A stretch of 38,013 bases of DNA from Actinomycetota bacterium (GTDB lineage Bacteria > Actinomycetota > CADDZG01 > JAHWKV01 > JAOPZY01), in the NCBI GenBank assembly GCA_025963875.1, contig JAOPZY010000075.1:1-38013 (forward strand), given 5' to 3'. Below are positions 17,101 to 27,775 of the stretch, piece after piece. Position 1 is the first letter of the stretch. Each line of letters opens with the position of its first letter. A model generated the notes under the pieces. That model made no database searches. It was not told where the DNA came from and was given only the letters and a program-made list of their open reading frames with translations. Position numbers and translations under genes: made by a program.

Positions 17101-20100
17101 GTCGACGTAGAACGACACGCTGCCGGAAGGCGTTCCCGCTCCGGGGGCGGTGGGCGAGACGGTCGCCGTGAAGGACACCGGCTGGCCGAACTTCGAGGGG
17201 GTGACCGACGAGGTGACCGTCGTGGTGGTGTCCGCCTTGTTCACGTCCTGGCCGCCGGCCAGGATGCCGGAGCTGGTGATGTAGCTATCGGTGTCTGCGT
17301 AGACGGCCGTCATGGTGTGATTGGCCACGGTCAGGTTGCTGAGCGGGGCGGTACTGGCCGAGCCGGAGGACAGGAGCACCGTCGACAGGTGCTGGCCGTC
17401 GAGGAAGAACTCGACGGTGCCCGCCGGCGTGCCGCCTCCGGGAGCTATCGGCGCCACGGTGGCGGTGAACGACACCGGCTGGCCGAAGACCGAGGGCTTG
17501 GCTGACGAGGTGACGCTGGTGGTCGTGTTGGCCCTACTGACCACCTGGGTGAGGGGTGGAGAGGCGCTGCCGACGAAGTTCGCGGCCCCGAGGTAGGTGG
17601 CCGTGACGTTGTGGCTGCCCACGGAGGCATTGGCGATCGGGAGAGAGACCGCCGCACCGGCGGTCAGGGTGACGCCGCCGCCGACGTCGGAGCCGTCGAT
17701 CGAGAACTGCACGGTGCCGGTGGGCGTGCCGTGGCCGCCCGAGTCCACGGTGGCCGTGAACGTGACGGGCTGGCCGTACAGCGACGGGTTGACCGGCGAC
17801 GTCACCGCAGTGGTCGTGCGGAAGCCCTTGACCACCTGGCTCAGCGGGGACGAGGTGCTGGTGACGAAGTCGATGTTGCCGAGGTACGTGGCCGTTACGG
17901 GGTGGGCGCCGGGCGTGGAGAAGGCGACGCCGGGAAGGGTGGCGACTCCCCCTTCGTCGAGCGTTGCCGGCGACCCGGAGGTAGAGCCGTCGACGAAAAA
18001 CTGGACATCGCCGGCGGGCGTGCCCACGCCGGGCGGGGTCGCGGCGACGGTTGCCGTGAACGTGACGGTCTCGGTGACCTCCGAGGGGTTGGGTGTGGAT
18101 GCGATGGCCGTGGTGGTGCCGGCCTTGCCCACAACCTGCGCCGGCGTGACCGTACCGGTGCTGACATCGTAGGTGGCGTTCCCGCCATAGGTCGCGGTGA
18201 CGTTGTGGATGCCCGCCGCCATGTTGGCGATCTGGCTCGAGGTCGCCGACCCGGACGTCATGGTAACCGTCCCCTTGTCCACGCCGTCGACGAAGAACTG
18301 CATGGTGCCCGTGGGCGTCCCCCCGTCGTAGGTGGAGGTGACCGTTGCGGTGAAGGTGACGCCCTGCCCGATGGCCGAGGGGTTGTGCGAAGAGATGACG
18401 CCGGTGGTGCTGGTGGCCCGGTTGACGACCTGACCCCCAGCAAGGGTGCCGGTGCTGCCGTTGAAGTTGGCGTTGCCTGCGTACTGCGCGGTGATGGGGT
18501 GCGTGCCGAACGTGAACGAACTCGTGGACACCGACGCCACGCCGCCGTCGAGGGTCTGGGACACGCCGATGTTGGTGGAGCCGTCCTTGAACTGGACGGT
18601 CCCGACGGGCATGCCGGCGCCAGGTGCCGTCGCCGTGACGGTCGCCGTGAACTGGACGTTCTGGCCCACGATCGAGGCGTTGAGCGACGAGGAGACCGCC
18701 ACCGACGTGTCTGCCGGGTTCACGACCTGGCTCGTGGCCCCGGTGCTCAGGTTGAAGCTCGGGTCGCCGCTATACGTCGCCGTGACGGGGTGGGTCCCCG
18801 CGGTGAGGCTGCTGATGGTCGACGTTGCCTGACCGCTCGTCACGGTGGCGGTTCCGAAGCTGGAGCCGTCGTGGAAGAACTGGACCTGGCCGGTCGGGGT
18901 GCCGGCGCCGGGGACAACCGGGAGCACCGTCGCCGTGAAGGTGACGGGCTCGCCGAACACGGTGGGCGTTTTCCCGGAGGTCACGGTGGTCGTGGTGTCG
19001 GCGTGGTTGACGACCTGCGCCAGGGTGCCGGACGTGTTGGTGTTGAAGGTGGCGTTGCCGGCGTAGGTCGCGGTCACGGGATGGCTGCCGACTGCCAGGT
19101 TGGAGATCGAGGCGGTCGTTGCGGCTCCGCTGACCAGGGTGCGGGTCACGAGGAAGGTGCCGTCGACGAAGAAGGACACGTTGCCTGCGGGGGTTCCCGC
19201 TCCGGGGGCGGTGGGCGAGACGGTAGCCGTGAACGACACCGGCTGGCCGAACTTCGAGGGGGTGACCGAGGAGCCGACCGTCGTCGTGGTGTCCGACTTG
19301 TTCACGGTCTGGCCGCCCGGCAGGGTGCCGGTGCTGGTGATGTAGCTCACGGTGTCCGGGTAGACAGCGGTCACGATGTGCGTCGCCACGGTCAGGTTGC
19401 TGAGCGGGGTGGTGGTGGCCGAGCCGTCGGAGAGTGCCACCGTCTCCAGGGGCTGGCCGTCAAGGAAGAATGCGACGTTGCCTACGGGCGTGCCGCCTCC
19501 GGGGGCGATGGGCACAACGGTGGCCGTGAACGCCACCGGCTGGCCGAAGGCAGAGGCGTTGGCCGACGAGGTGACGCCGGTGGTGGTGCCCGCCCTGTTC
19601 ACGGTCTGCGCAGGGGTGACGGTGCCGGTGCTGACGCCATAGGTGGCGTTGCCGGCGTAGGTGGCGGTGACGTTGTGGCTGGTCACCGTCATGTCGGCGA
19701 TCTGGCTCGAGGTCGCCGACCCGGACGTCATGGTGACCGTCCCCTTGTCCACGCCGTCGACGAAGAACTGCACGGTGCCCGTGGGTGTCCCCCCGGCGAA
19801 GGTCGAGGTGACCGTTGCCGTGAAGGTGACGCCCTGCCCGAAGACCGAGGGGTTGTGCGAGGAGATGACCGTGGTCGTGGTGGTGGCGGGGTTGACCTGG
19901 ACCGTGGCGCTCACGGTGGCGGCGTCCGCGGTGGCGCCGGCGCTGGCCGAGCCGGGGGCCGTGCCCGTGAAGGTTGCGGTGGCCACCCCGCCGACGAACT
20001 GCGGTGAGGGCGCCGAGAGCGAACCGTTCACTGCGTTGGAGAAGACCGCCGGCAACGGGGCGAGCCCGACCAGCGAACCGCCGGCCAGCGGCGTTGTCGA

Positions 20101-21252
20101 CGTGCCGGTCACGCCGAGCAGGTCGGCGGTGACCGTCGTCGTGCCACCTGGCTGGATCTGCGACGGGGCGGCGATGTTCCGCAGCTGGAGCCAGGCGGTG
20201 GCGGTGGGAACGGCCCCAAGAGGCGAGCCGAGCGAGTCGCGGGCAACGGCCGATCCGGGAGCCGCGTTGCTCCCCCACCAGTTGTTGTTGGCGATGATGC
20301 TTCCTGCGCTGGACTCCTGGAGCAGTGCGGAACCTTGGGCGGTGGCGGTGTTCCCCACAAACCGGCTCAGGCTGATGGTCATCGCTCCCGCGTCGTTGAA
20401 CACGGCCCCGCCGATACCCCGGCCCTCGCTGGTGCCATCGACCACCGAATTGTTGGTGAACGTCGACAGCGAGATGCCGGCCGCTGCTGGGCCGGACTTC
20501 CAGATCGCCCCACCCTGGCCTCCCGGAAGGCCACCCGCTCCGGCCGAGTTCGTATCGAACAGCGAGCGCGCGATCGTGAGCGTGCCCCCGCCGGTGAAGT
20601 ACAGGCCGGCTCCGGAGTTCTGTGCCTGGTTGCCGGTGACCGTGCTGCTGGTGACCGTCAGGCTGACGGTCCCGGTTCCGGTGACGGCGATGGCGCCGCC
20701 GCTGACGGTCGCTGTGTTGTCCGTGAGGATGCAGTTGGTGAATGTGGCCGAGGCGCCGGCGCCACCCGCGAGGAGCACTCCGCCCCCGTAGCCGGTACGG
20801 CGGCCGCCGGAGATCGTCAGGTCCTGGAAGTTGGTGGTGAGGCCCGCGTCGTTGGACGTGGCGAAGACGCCTGCACCTGCGGTGGCTTGGTGGATCGTGC
20901 TGACCCCGGGCGTCCCGCTGAACCCCTTGACGGTCGAGAACTTGTTGGTCGCCGATCCCAGCGTCAGCACGCCCTGGGTGAGGGCGATGGTCCCACTGGG
21001 CAGGTCGATCTCGACGGAGTTCGTCGCGTCGGTGGTCATCCCGTTCGCGGTGGTCACAGCGTCCCGCAGCGTGCACGTCGCCGCGCAGGTGGTACCCGGG
21101 TGGTCATCCAGTGTCGACACTACGGTGAGGACGGTGGGCGCGGCATGAGCCGGGACGCGCATCAACGCCAGTGCCAGGCCGACCAGGAGCACGGTAATGG
21201 CCCCGATCGCACCGTAACGGGCAAGACCTCGGCTCGTGCGCATGGTTCCCAT
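14128..21252 (-). CDS. Giant secreted surface protein/adhesin: signal peptide, CSLREA-like motif, beta-helix region, 17 bacterial Ig-like (Big_3-type) repeats, C-terminal GYWLxxxDGG repeats
   Basis: Hydrophobic N-terminus ending in AHA|A; CTLRDA; GGAI/NxF beta-helix repeats; 17 TTTxVxSSxNPSxFGQxVxFTATV units; five GYWL repeats; GGAGG before ATG 21252 (ATG 21243 is an alternative start). Confidence 0.93.
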   Translation of the reverse strand: MGTMRTSRGLARYGAIGAITVLLVGLALALMRVPAHAAPTVLTVVSTLDDHPGTTCAATCTLRDAVTTANGMTTDATNSVEIDLPSGTIALTQGVLTLGSATNKFSTVKGFSGTPGVSTIHQATAGAGVFATSNDAGLTTNFQDLTISGGRRTGYGGGVLLAGGAGASATFTNCILTDNTATVSGGAIAVTGTGTVSLTVTSSTVTGNQAQNSGAGLYFTGGGTLTIARSLFDTNSAGAGGLPGGQGGAIWKSGPAAAGISLSTFTNNSVVDGTSEGRGIGGAVFNDAGAMTISLSRFVGNTATAQGSALLQESSAGSIIANNNWWGSNAAPGSAVARDSLGSPLGAVPTATAWLQLRNIAAPSQIQPGGTTTVTADLLGVTGTSTTPLAGGSLVGLAPLPAVFSNAVNGSLSAPSPQFVGGVATATFTGTAPGSASAGATADAATVSATVQVNPATTTTTVISSHNPSVFGQGVTFTATVTSTFAGGTPTGTVQFFVDGVDKGTVTMTSGSATSSQIADMTVTSHNVTATYAGNATYGVSTGTVTPAQTVNRAGTTTGVTSSANASAFGQPVAFTATVVPIAPGGGTPVGNVAFFLDGQPLETVALSDGSATTTPLSNLTVATHIVTAVYPDTVSYITSTGTLPGGQTVNKSDTTTTVGSSVTPSKFGQPVSFTATVSPTAPGAGTPAGNVSFFVDGTFLVTRTLVSGAATTASISNLAVGSHPVTATYAGNATFNTNTSGTLAQVVNHADTTTTVTSGKTPTVFGEPVTFTATVLPVVPGAGTPTGQVQFFHDGSSFGTATVTSGQATSTISSLTAGTHPVTATYSGDPSFNLSTGATSQVVNPADTSVAVSSSLNASIVGQNVQFTATVTATAPGAGMPVGTVQFKDGSTNIGVSQTLDGGVASVSTSSFTFGTHPITAQYAGNANFNGSTGTLAGGQVVNRATSTTGVISSHNPSAIGQGVTFTATVTSTYDGGTPTGTMQFFVDGVDKGTVTMTSGSATSSQIANMAAGIHNVTATYGGNATYDVSTGTVTPAQVVGKAGTTTAIASTPNPSEVTETVTFTATVAATPPGVGTPAGDVQFFVDGSTSGSPATLDEGGVATLPGVAFSTPGAHPVTATYLGNIDFVTSTSSPLSQVVKGFRTTTAVTSPVNPSLYGQPVTFTATVDSGGHGTPTGTVQFSIDGSDVGGGVTLTAGAAVSLPIANASVGSHNVTATYLGAANFVGSASPPLTQVVSRANTTTSVTSSAKPSVFGQPVSFTATVAPIAPGGGTPAGTVEFFLDGQHLSTVLLSSGSASTAPLSNLTVANHTMTAVYADTDSYITSSGILAGGQDVNKADTTTTVTSSVTPSKFGQPVSFTATVSPTAPGAGTPSGSVSFYVDGGLFETDSLVGGVTTTASISSLPVGDNQVTATYTGDTNFNGSNSGTLTQTVGAAGTTTTVTSAKPTTVFGEPVSFTATVLPVAPGAGVPDGWVQFSADGTNFGSSVSLVSGSAVSPEISSLTAGMHTVTATYVPRFWVVCGSVSSFQPCGCFSVSFQPSCGHPTFKPSSGSTGQTVNQAGVTLTVSTDPNPSVFGQTVTFSTTVTAVAPGAGVPTGTVQFSSDGNPAGEPVAVVGGVATTTDTALVRGDRAIRATYLGDANFASGAFNTTTQTVNPAGTTTTVSASPSPSSSGQDVTFTATVVAVAPGAGTPTGGTVQFYVDGSTLGSPAAVSGGSGSSVPTSALSVGIHQVTATYTGDTNFMPSTSGVLTTQVVLQVDATNTVTSPSTPSRFGQPVQFVATLTGTQGTPTGTVQFLIDDGTFGTPVNLTAGVATSTATGALSIGAHTITARYGGSLSYRPDTGTVAHAVIPASTATTNVASSANPSAFGQSVQFSATVAPVAPGVGSPTGNVEFFSGNVSLGTGTLSGGSATSPATTGLSTGSHSVTARYVGDANFTTSTGDLPSDQVVDRSDSSTTVSSSQNASTFGQAVQFNAEVDPAGNGAGTPDGTVQFVIDGASFGSPVTLSGGSATSGSISSLTSGNHSVAAVYSSSINFNSSSGTLSGGQTVGNRPSASVAVSSSKNPTISGETVVFSATVGPVAPAAGTPGGSVQFVIDGANAGGAVALSGGLATLSTGALAVGGHTVVANYSGDASFQSSLGLLAGGQGVVLAPQVASSAPSGGYWLFGSDGGVFTFGNARFFGSTGSMAINRPVVAMTATPSRQGYWLFASDGGVFAYGDAGFFGSGGGAHLNAPIVAMAATPSGQGYWLVATNGAVSTFGDAGNFGGLAAQRLKAPIVAMAATLSGQGYWLVASDGSVFGFGDAPVLGSLAGMHLQAPVVGFAATVGGQGYWLGGADGGIFSFGDAPFLGSMGGRRLNKPINGVTSSG

Positions 21253-21980
21253 GGGTCCTCCAGGTAGGTCGAGTCGAAGTGGTTGCCCGACGTACGGACG
21301 CGGGGCGAGAATGCCGTGCATTTGGGCGGTGAGAAATGTGTGACACCCGACTAGGGCGGCGGGCTGCTCCTCGCGCGGTCTCCTCAGGTGAACTCATCGA
21401 GTGTTCGATGCGTACCGGGGACCGGGGTGCGCCTGGCCTGCCAAGAGTGGTGCATGCCACTCATTTCAGGTGTATCGACCTGATTTCCTACGTGGACCAT
21501 AACATGTCCAGAGTCCACGATAGGAGATAAAAGTAAATATGGATCTATTGCACCATCGCCTGCCGCAACGCCGCGTGGGAATTGGCAGGCACGGGGCACG
21601 GCACAACCGGCATATTCTCCAGTCCAACCGCGGGCAATTTCCGGCTCCTCGCTGTTTTCTGTGGGTGGTTCGAAGTCCCACCACCCCCATTCAGCGGGCA
21701 CGTGCTCGGCCCTTGTGCTGGATGCGGACCGGTTGACCACGCAGGGGGTCGGCACGAGATTGTGAACGGCGGTTCGAGACCGCATCGTCCGTTTCCCGCC
21801 CGCTCTGAACTATTCTTTGATCGCCTGACCGCGCTCTGCGCGGTAGGACAAGCAAAGAGTTTCTGGCCGCCGTTCCCTCGCCTCTGGACCGCCAGCCAAC
21901 GCGGTCCCAGCGGCCGCACACGAAAGAGCGAGGAGGCCAATTTCCCTTATGAGCGATGAATGCGCTGAGGCGCTGGCCGG

Positions 21981-23591
21981 CTAGTGCGCCGGGAGCGCCA
22001 TGGCCTCCTTGAGGGCGTCGACGGTCTGCTCGACCGACGTCACCAGCACCCGAAGCCGGTGGGCCGGCAGGTCGAGGAGGAAGGCATCAAGCTCTGGGCC
22101 CCGCATCGTCGTCGCATCGATGCGCGACCGGGCCTCGTTCTTAGTGCAGGAGCCGCCGCGCCGCGCCGCCAGGGCGCAGAGGGCCTCCCTCCAGGCGTTG
22201 CGCAGCACCCCGGCATGGTGCACCTGCAGGTACCGGAGCACCCAGGCGACGTCCCCCAGGTCGTCGGAGGGGACGGGCGTGGCCGAGAGGACGCCGAGCG
22301 GCTTCGGCTCCGCCACGACCTCCGTGGCGAACCGCGCCGCCACCAGGCGCCGGGCCGGATCCTCCCGGGCGATGGCCATCGCCCCAGCGTCCCCGACCAC
22401 CACCAGCCGGGACGTCCCCGGAGCCGCCATCAGCACCCGGGTCACCGACGATCCGTAGAAGCGGTCGAGGTTGACGGCGATCGTTTCGGGCCACCGGCGG
22501 CGTGGGCCGGGGTGCGGTTGCTCGATCGCGGCGTCGATCAGCTGGCGGGCGTCGAGCCATACCGCTCCTCCCACCGCCGCCAGGACCTCACCGGGCACGG
22601 GCGGCGCCGCGCTCTCCCGGCTGGCCGTCCCGCGGGAGTAGATGCGTGCCTCGCCGGGCTTGATCCGGCTCGCCTCCGTGGCGGCCACCGTGGCCCGGGT
22701 GCGCCGGGACGGCCGGACCACCCACAGCGCGCTCGCCCCTCCGATGGCGTGCGCTCCGTGGTAGCGGTTGAACCCCGGCACCAGGGCGTCCAGCACCAGG
22801 TGCAGTCGGCCGATGCGGTCCTGCACGTCAAGCTGGCGCTCGGTCCCCCGGGCGCCGGTCCCGTAGCAGAACAGGATCGAAGTGCCGGGACGGTCCGCCA
22901 GCGCCTCGACCCCACGACGCACGAAGAGGTCGACGCCCTCCACGCTGTACGGCGGGTCGGTGAAGACCACGTCGGCCGCCTGCCGCAGGGCTCTCGGCAG
23001 GCCGAGCCGGAGGTCGGCGGCATAGAGCCGGAGTCCCAGGCCGAGGCGGTCGCTCACCTGGTCGAGGTACTCGAGCAGCCGCTCGTCGACGTCCACCACG
23101 CTGACCGTCGCCTCCGGCACCAGCACCTTGGTGGCCACACCCGTGAGGTCGTGGTCGCCGAGGCAGACGAGATGGCTTCCGGCCATGGCGTACCGGCTCG
23201 ACAGGTAGCGGGCACGGTCAGCGATGGTGGCGTGCGTGGCAGGCACGTGGTCGAGGGTCCAGACCGGGGCCGGCAGGGTGGCCACGACCTCGGCGATCGT
23301 CCCCGCCAGGCGGTCGAGGCGCTCCCGACCGGGTTGCTCGTCGCAGCCCAGCAGCCGCCGGAGCTCGTCGCGCTGGACCCGCCCGATCCCGCTCTCGTCG
23401 CCCGACGCCTCGAAGCCCAGGCGCCGCAGCACCTCCAGCACCCGGCGGTGCGGGACACCGGTGGCTTCGACAAGCTTTCCGATGCTGTCGCCGCCGGTCG
23501 AGGCCAGGTGGCAGAGCACCCGGCGGACGTCGGCGAAGGCGACGCCCGACTCCGCCCGGAGGTCGGAGATCGCCGCTGCAAGGTCTGCCAT
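21981..23591 (-). CDS. Bis-aminopropyl spermidine synthase (BpsA/DUF43)-family protein with C-terminal extension
   Basis: LDHVPAT, LGDHDLTGV, VVDVDERLLEYL, DLR, DVVFTDPPY. Confidence 0.8.
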   Translation of the reverse strand: MADLAAAISDLRAESGVAFADVRRVLCHLASTGGDSIGKLVEATGVPHRRVLEVLRRLGFEASGDESGIGRVQRDELRRLLGCDEQPGRERLDRLAGTIAEVVATLPAPVWTLDHVPATHATIADRARYLSSRYAMAGSHLVCLGDHDLTGVATKVLVPEATVSVVDVDERLLEYLDQVSDRLGLGLRLYAADLRLGLPRALRQAADVVFTDPPYSVEGVDLFVRRGVEALADRPGTSILFCYGTGARGTERQLDVQDRIGRLHLVLDALVPGFNRYHGAHAIGGASALWVVRPSRRTRATVAATEASRIKPGEARIYSRGTASRESAAPPVPGEVLAAVGGAVWLDARQLIDAAIEQPHPGPRRRWPETIAVNLDRFYGSSVTRVLMAAPGTSRLVVVGDAGAMAIAREDPARRLVAARFATEVVAEPKPLGVLSATPVPSDDLGDVAWVLRYLQVHHAGVLRNAWREALCALAARRGGSCTKNEARSRIDATTMRGPELDAFLLDLPAHRLRVLVTSVEQTVDALKEAMALPAH

Positions 23592-23663
23592 GGTCGCCAG
23601 CGTAGCGGGGCCGCCTACCAGGCTCTGGGGTCGAGCCGCCACCCGCGGCGGCACAATGGGTCG

Positions 23664-25013
23664 GTGGACAGGGACCTGGTGCTCGGGCTCGACATCGGTA
23701 CGACCCGGTCCAAGGCGTTGCTCCTCGACGTCTCGGGGACGGAGGTCGCCGTGGTGGTCGCTCCGACCCCGTTCGTGGCCTTGGATGGACGGATCGAGGC
23801 GCCCGTGGACCGCCTGATCTCGGCAGCCGTTTCCCTGGTCGCACAGCTCGGGGCGGAGCGCGAGCGGGTCGCGGCGGTGGGCATCGCCGGGATGGCGGAA
23901 TGCGGGGCGCCGCTCGACCGCACCGGTGAGGCCCTCGCCCCGGTCATCGCCTGGCACGACCCGCGCGGCGCCGGCGTCGCCGAGCAACTGGCCCAGCGGT
24001 TCGGTGACGCCCTGGGCCTCCGGACGGGCCAGCGGCCCCGGTCGGTCTCGTCGGTGGCCAAACTCGGCTGGCTGGTGGCCGACGGGTACACCGGCGTGGC
24101 CCGCTGGCTGGGGGTGCCCGAGCTCCTGCTCCGGGACCTGACGGGGACCGAGGCCACCGAACACTCCTTCGCGTCCCGGACCGGCTGCTGGGACGTGGTG
24201 GAGAAGGTCTGGCTCGAGGACGTGGCCGAGGCAGCAGGCTTTTCGCACTCGGTGTTCGCCCCCGTGCTCGCCGCCGGATCGGCGATGGGCGTCGTGGGCC
24301 GGGACGCGGCGGAGCGCTGGGGCCTGCCCGCGGGCATCCCCGTGACACTGGCCGGCCACGACCACCTCGCGGGAGCCGCAGGGGTGGGGGCCGGTCCGGG
24401 CGACCTCGTCAACTCCGTCGGCACCGCCGAGACGGTGCTGGGCCTGACGTCGACGCCACCGGACCTCGTGAGGGCGCTCGAGCTGCGGACGCCGGTCTCC
24501 GTGGCGCCGGGCGGCAGGGCCTGGGTCGTGCTGGCCGGAGCGGCCCGTGCGGGCGTCGTGCTAGATGCGGCGGCGAGGTTGCTCGGCCACTCGATCGAGG
24601 AGCTCGACGCCATGGCCGAGGACGCGCCCTGCGTCGACGCCGGAGCCTTCCTCCGTGACCTCCAGGCGGGCGGGGAGGCCAGCCCTCCGGAGGGGGCGCC
24701 CGGTTCCGTCTGGCGGGGGTTGCTCCACGCGCTCGCCGAGCGTACCGCCGACGCGGCCGCCCGGGTCGGCAAGCTCGTTGCCGCCCGCCGCATGCTCGTC
24801 ATCGGTGGGGGGTCGGCGAGCCGGCCATGGCTCCGGGCGAAGATGGCCCTCGTGCCCCTGCCGATCGTGCTGCCCGCCACGTCCCAGGCCGTGGCCCGCG
24901 GCGCCGCGGTGTTCGCCGGTCAGGCCGCTGGCTGGTGGCCGTCGCCGGAGGCCGCCCCGAAGCTGGAGGCCGCGGCAGTTTCCGTCAAAAAGCGTGCCCA
25001 GCACCCTTTTTGA
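23664..25013 (+). CDS. FGGY-family carbohydrate kinase
   Basis: LGLDIGTTRSKA, IAWHDPRG, AGHDH, SVGTAE, VIGGG, ARGAA. Confidence 0.9.
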   Translation: MDRDLVLGLDIGTTRSKALLLDVSGTEVAVVVAPTPFVALDGRIEAPVDRLISAAVSLVAQLGAERERVAAVGIAGMAECGAPLDRTGEALAPVIAWHDPRGAGVAEQLAQRFGDALGLRTGQRPRSVSSVAKLGWLVADGYTGVARWLGVPELLLRDLTGTEATEHSFASRTGCWDVVEKVWLEDVAEAAGFSHSVFAPVLAAGSAMGVVGRDAAERWGLPAGIPVTLAGHDHLAGAAGVGAGPGDLVNSVGTAETVLGLTSTPPDLVRALELRTPVSVAPGGRAWVVLAGAARAGVVLDAAARLLGHSIEELDAMAEDAPCVDAGAFLRDLQAGGEASPPEGAPGSVWRGLLHALAERTADAAARVGKLVAARRMLVIGGGSASRPWLRAKMALVPLPIVLPATSQAVARGAAVFAGQAAGWWPSPEAAPKLEAAAVSVKKRAQHPF

Positions 25014-25058
25014 CGGAATCTGGGTCGGTCGGCAGCCCGGGCCTGCTAGCGTGAAAGC

Positions 25059-26738
<1,680 letters not shown>

Positions 26739-26753
26739 AAGCGAGGGGGCGCG

Positions 26754-27773
26754 CTACAAGAGGCGCCGGACCTCGCCCAGCAGCTCGATCATCTCCACGC
26801 TGGCGTCGAAGGAAAGCCCCGGGTAGTAGGACCGGGCGATGAACTGGCCCCCCTCGCCCAGGACCTCTCCGAACGCGGCCACCACCTCGGCCACCCGCTC
26901 GGGCGTGCCGTAGATGAGCTGGCGCCGCAGGGTGGCCGCCGTGTCCTCGTCCAGCGGCGGGGGCTGGGGCAGCGGATCCGAGGGGTTGCCCTGCGCGACC
27001 GCCATGTCGGCGTACTTCCACCTCACCAGCCACGTCTGGCGGAGGGCCTCGTCGAGGTCCCCCTCCGGATCCCTCGTCACCCAGACCGGCTCGTGGATGC
27101 TGAACGTAAGCGAGGCGGCGTCCCGGCCGGCGGCGACGGCCCCGTCCTTCACGGTGGCGATCTGGCGGGGCAGTGCCTCGAGCGGCGTGCCGCTGCCAAG
27201 GAACCCGTCCCCGAGGCGGCCAGCCCGGCGCAACGCCCGCTCGGCACCGCCGCCCACAAAGATGGGGATGGGCCGGGGTGGCTTGGGCGTGACGTTGGTC
27301 CGCTCGAAGTCGAAGACCTTCCCGTGGAACTCGAATGGCTCGTCCCCCCAGGCGGCCCTGAGGATCCGGATGGTCTCCGCGAGCCGCCGCCCCACCCCCG
27401 ACTGCGGGACGCCCAGGCGCTGGAACTCTTCAGCCCTCCATCCGGCGCCGACGCCCAGGACGAACCGCCCATCGGCGATGCAGCCCACCGTGGCGGCATC
27501 CTCGGCGAGGCGGAGGGGATGGTGCAGCGGCGCCAGGACGACGCCGGTCCCGATCTCAATCGTGCTCGTGGAGGCCGCGATCGCCGCCGACGTCACGGCC
27601 AGCGACGGCATGTAGCCGTCGTCGACGAAGTGGTGCTCCGACGTCCAGACCGAGTCGAGACCGTTCGTCTCGCACACGCGGGAGAGCTCCAGAGCCTCCC
27701 GGTAGCGGTCGACCCAGGTGCGGGGGTCGCCGGGGGTGCGTTCGCAGGTGACGAGTCCATAGCCGAGCCGCAT
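26754..27773 (-). CDS. LLM class flavin-dependent oxidoreductase
   Basis: DSVWTSEHHFVDDGYMPS, PLHHPLRLAEDAA, GRFVLGVGAGW. Confidence 0.92.
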   Translation of the reverse strand: MRLGYGLVTCERTPGDPRTWVDRYREALELSRVCETNGLDSVWTSEHHFVDDGYMPSLAVTSAAIAASTSTIEIGTGVVLAPLHHPLRLAEDAATVGCIADGRFVLGVGAGWRAEEFQRLGVPQSGVGRRLAETIRILRAAWGDEPFEFHGKVFDFERTNVTPKPPRPIPIFVGGGAERALRRAGRLGDGFLGSGTPLEALPRQIATVKDGAVAAGRDAASLTFSIHEPVWVTRDPEGDLDEALRQTWLVRWKYADMAVAQGNPSDPLPQPPPLDEDTAATLRRQLIYGTPERVAEVVAAFGEVLGEGGQFIARSYYPGLSFDASVEMIELLGEVRRLL

Positions 27774-27775
27774 GG

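Noticed and set aside
14293..21267. Long plus-strand and alternative-frame ORFs overlapping the adhesin (e.g. 14293-16638, 17611-20007)
   Set aside because: Shadow ORFs typical of high-GC DNA: Arg/Gly/Ala-rich, no motifs, and overlapping a clearly genuine gene.
21600..21695. Intact tRNA gene
   Set aside because: Only a distorted T-arm/acceptor-like 3' half is visible; no D-arm, anticodon arm or matching 5' acceptor strand.
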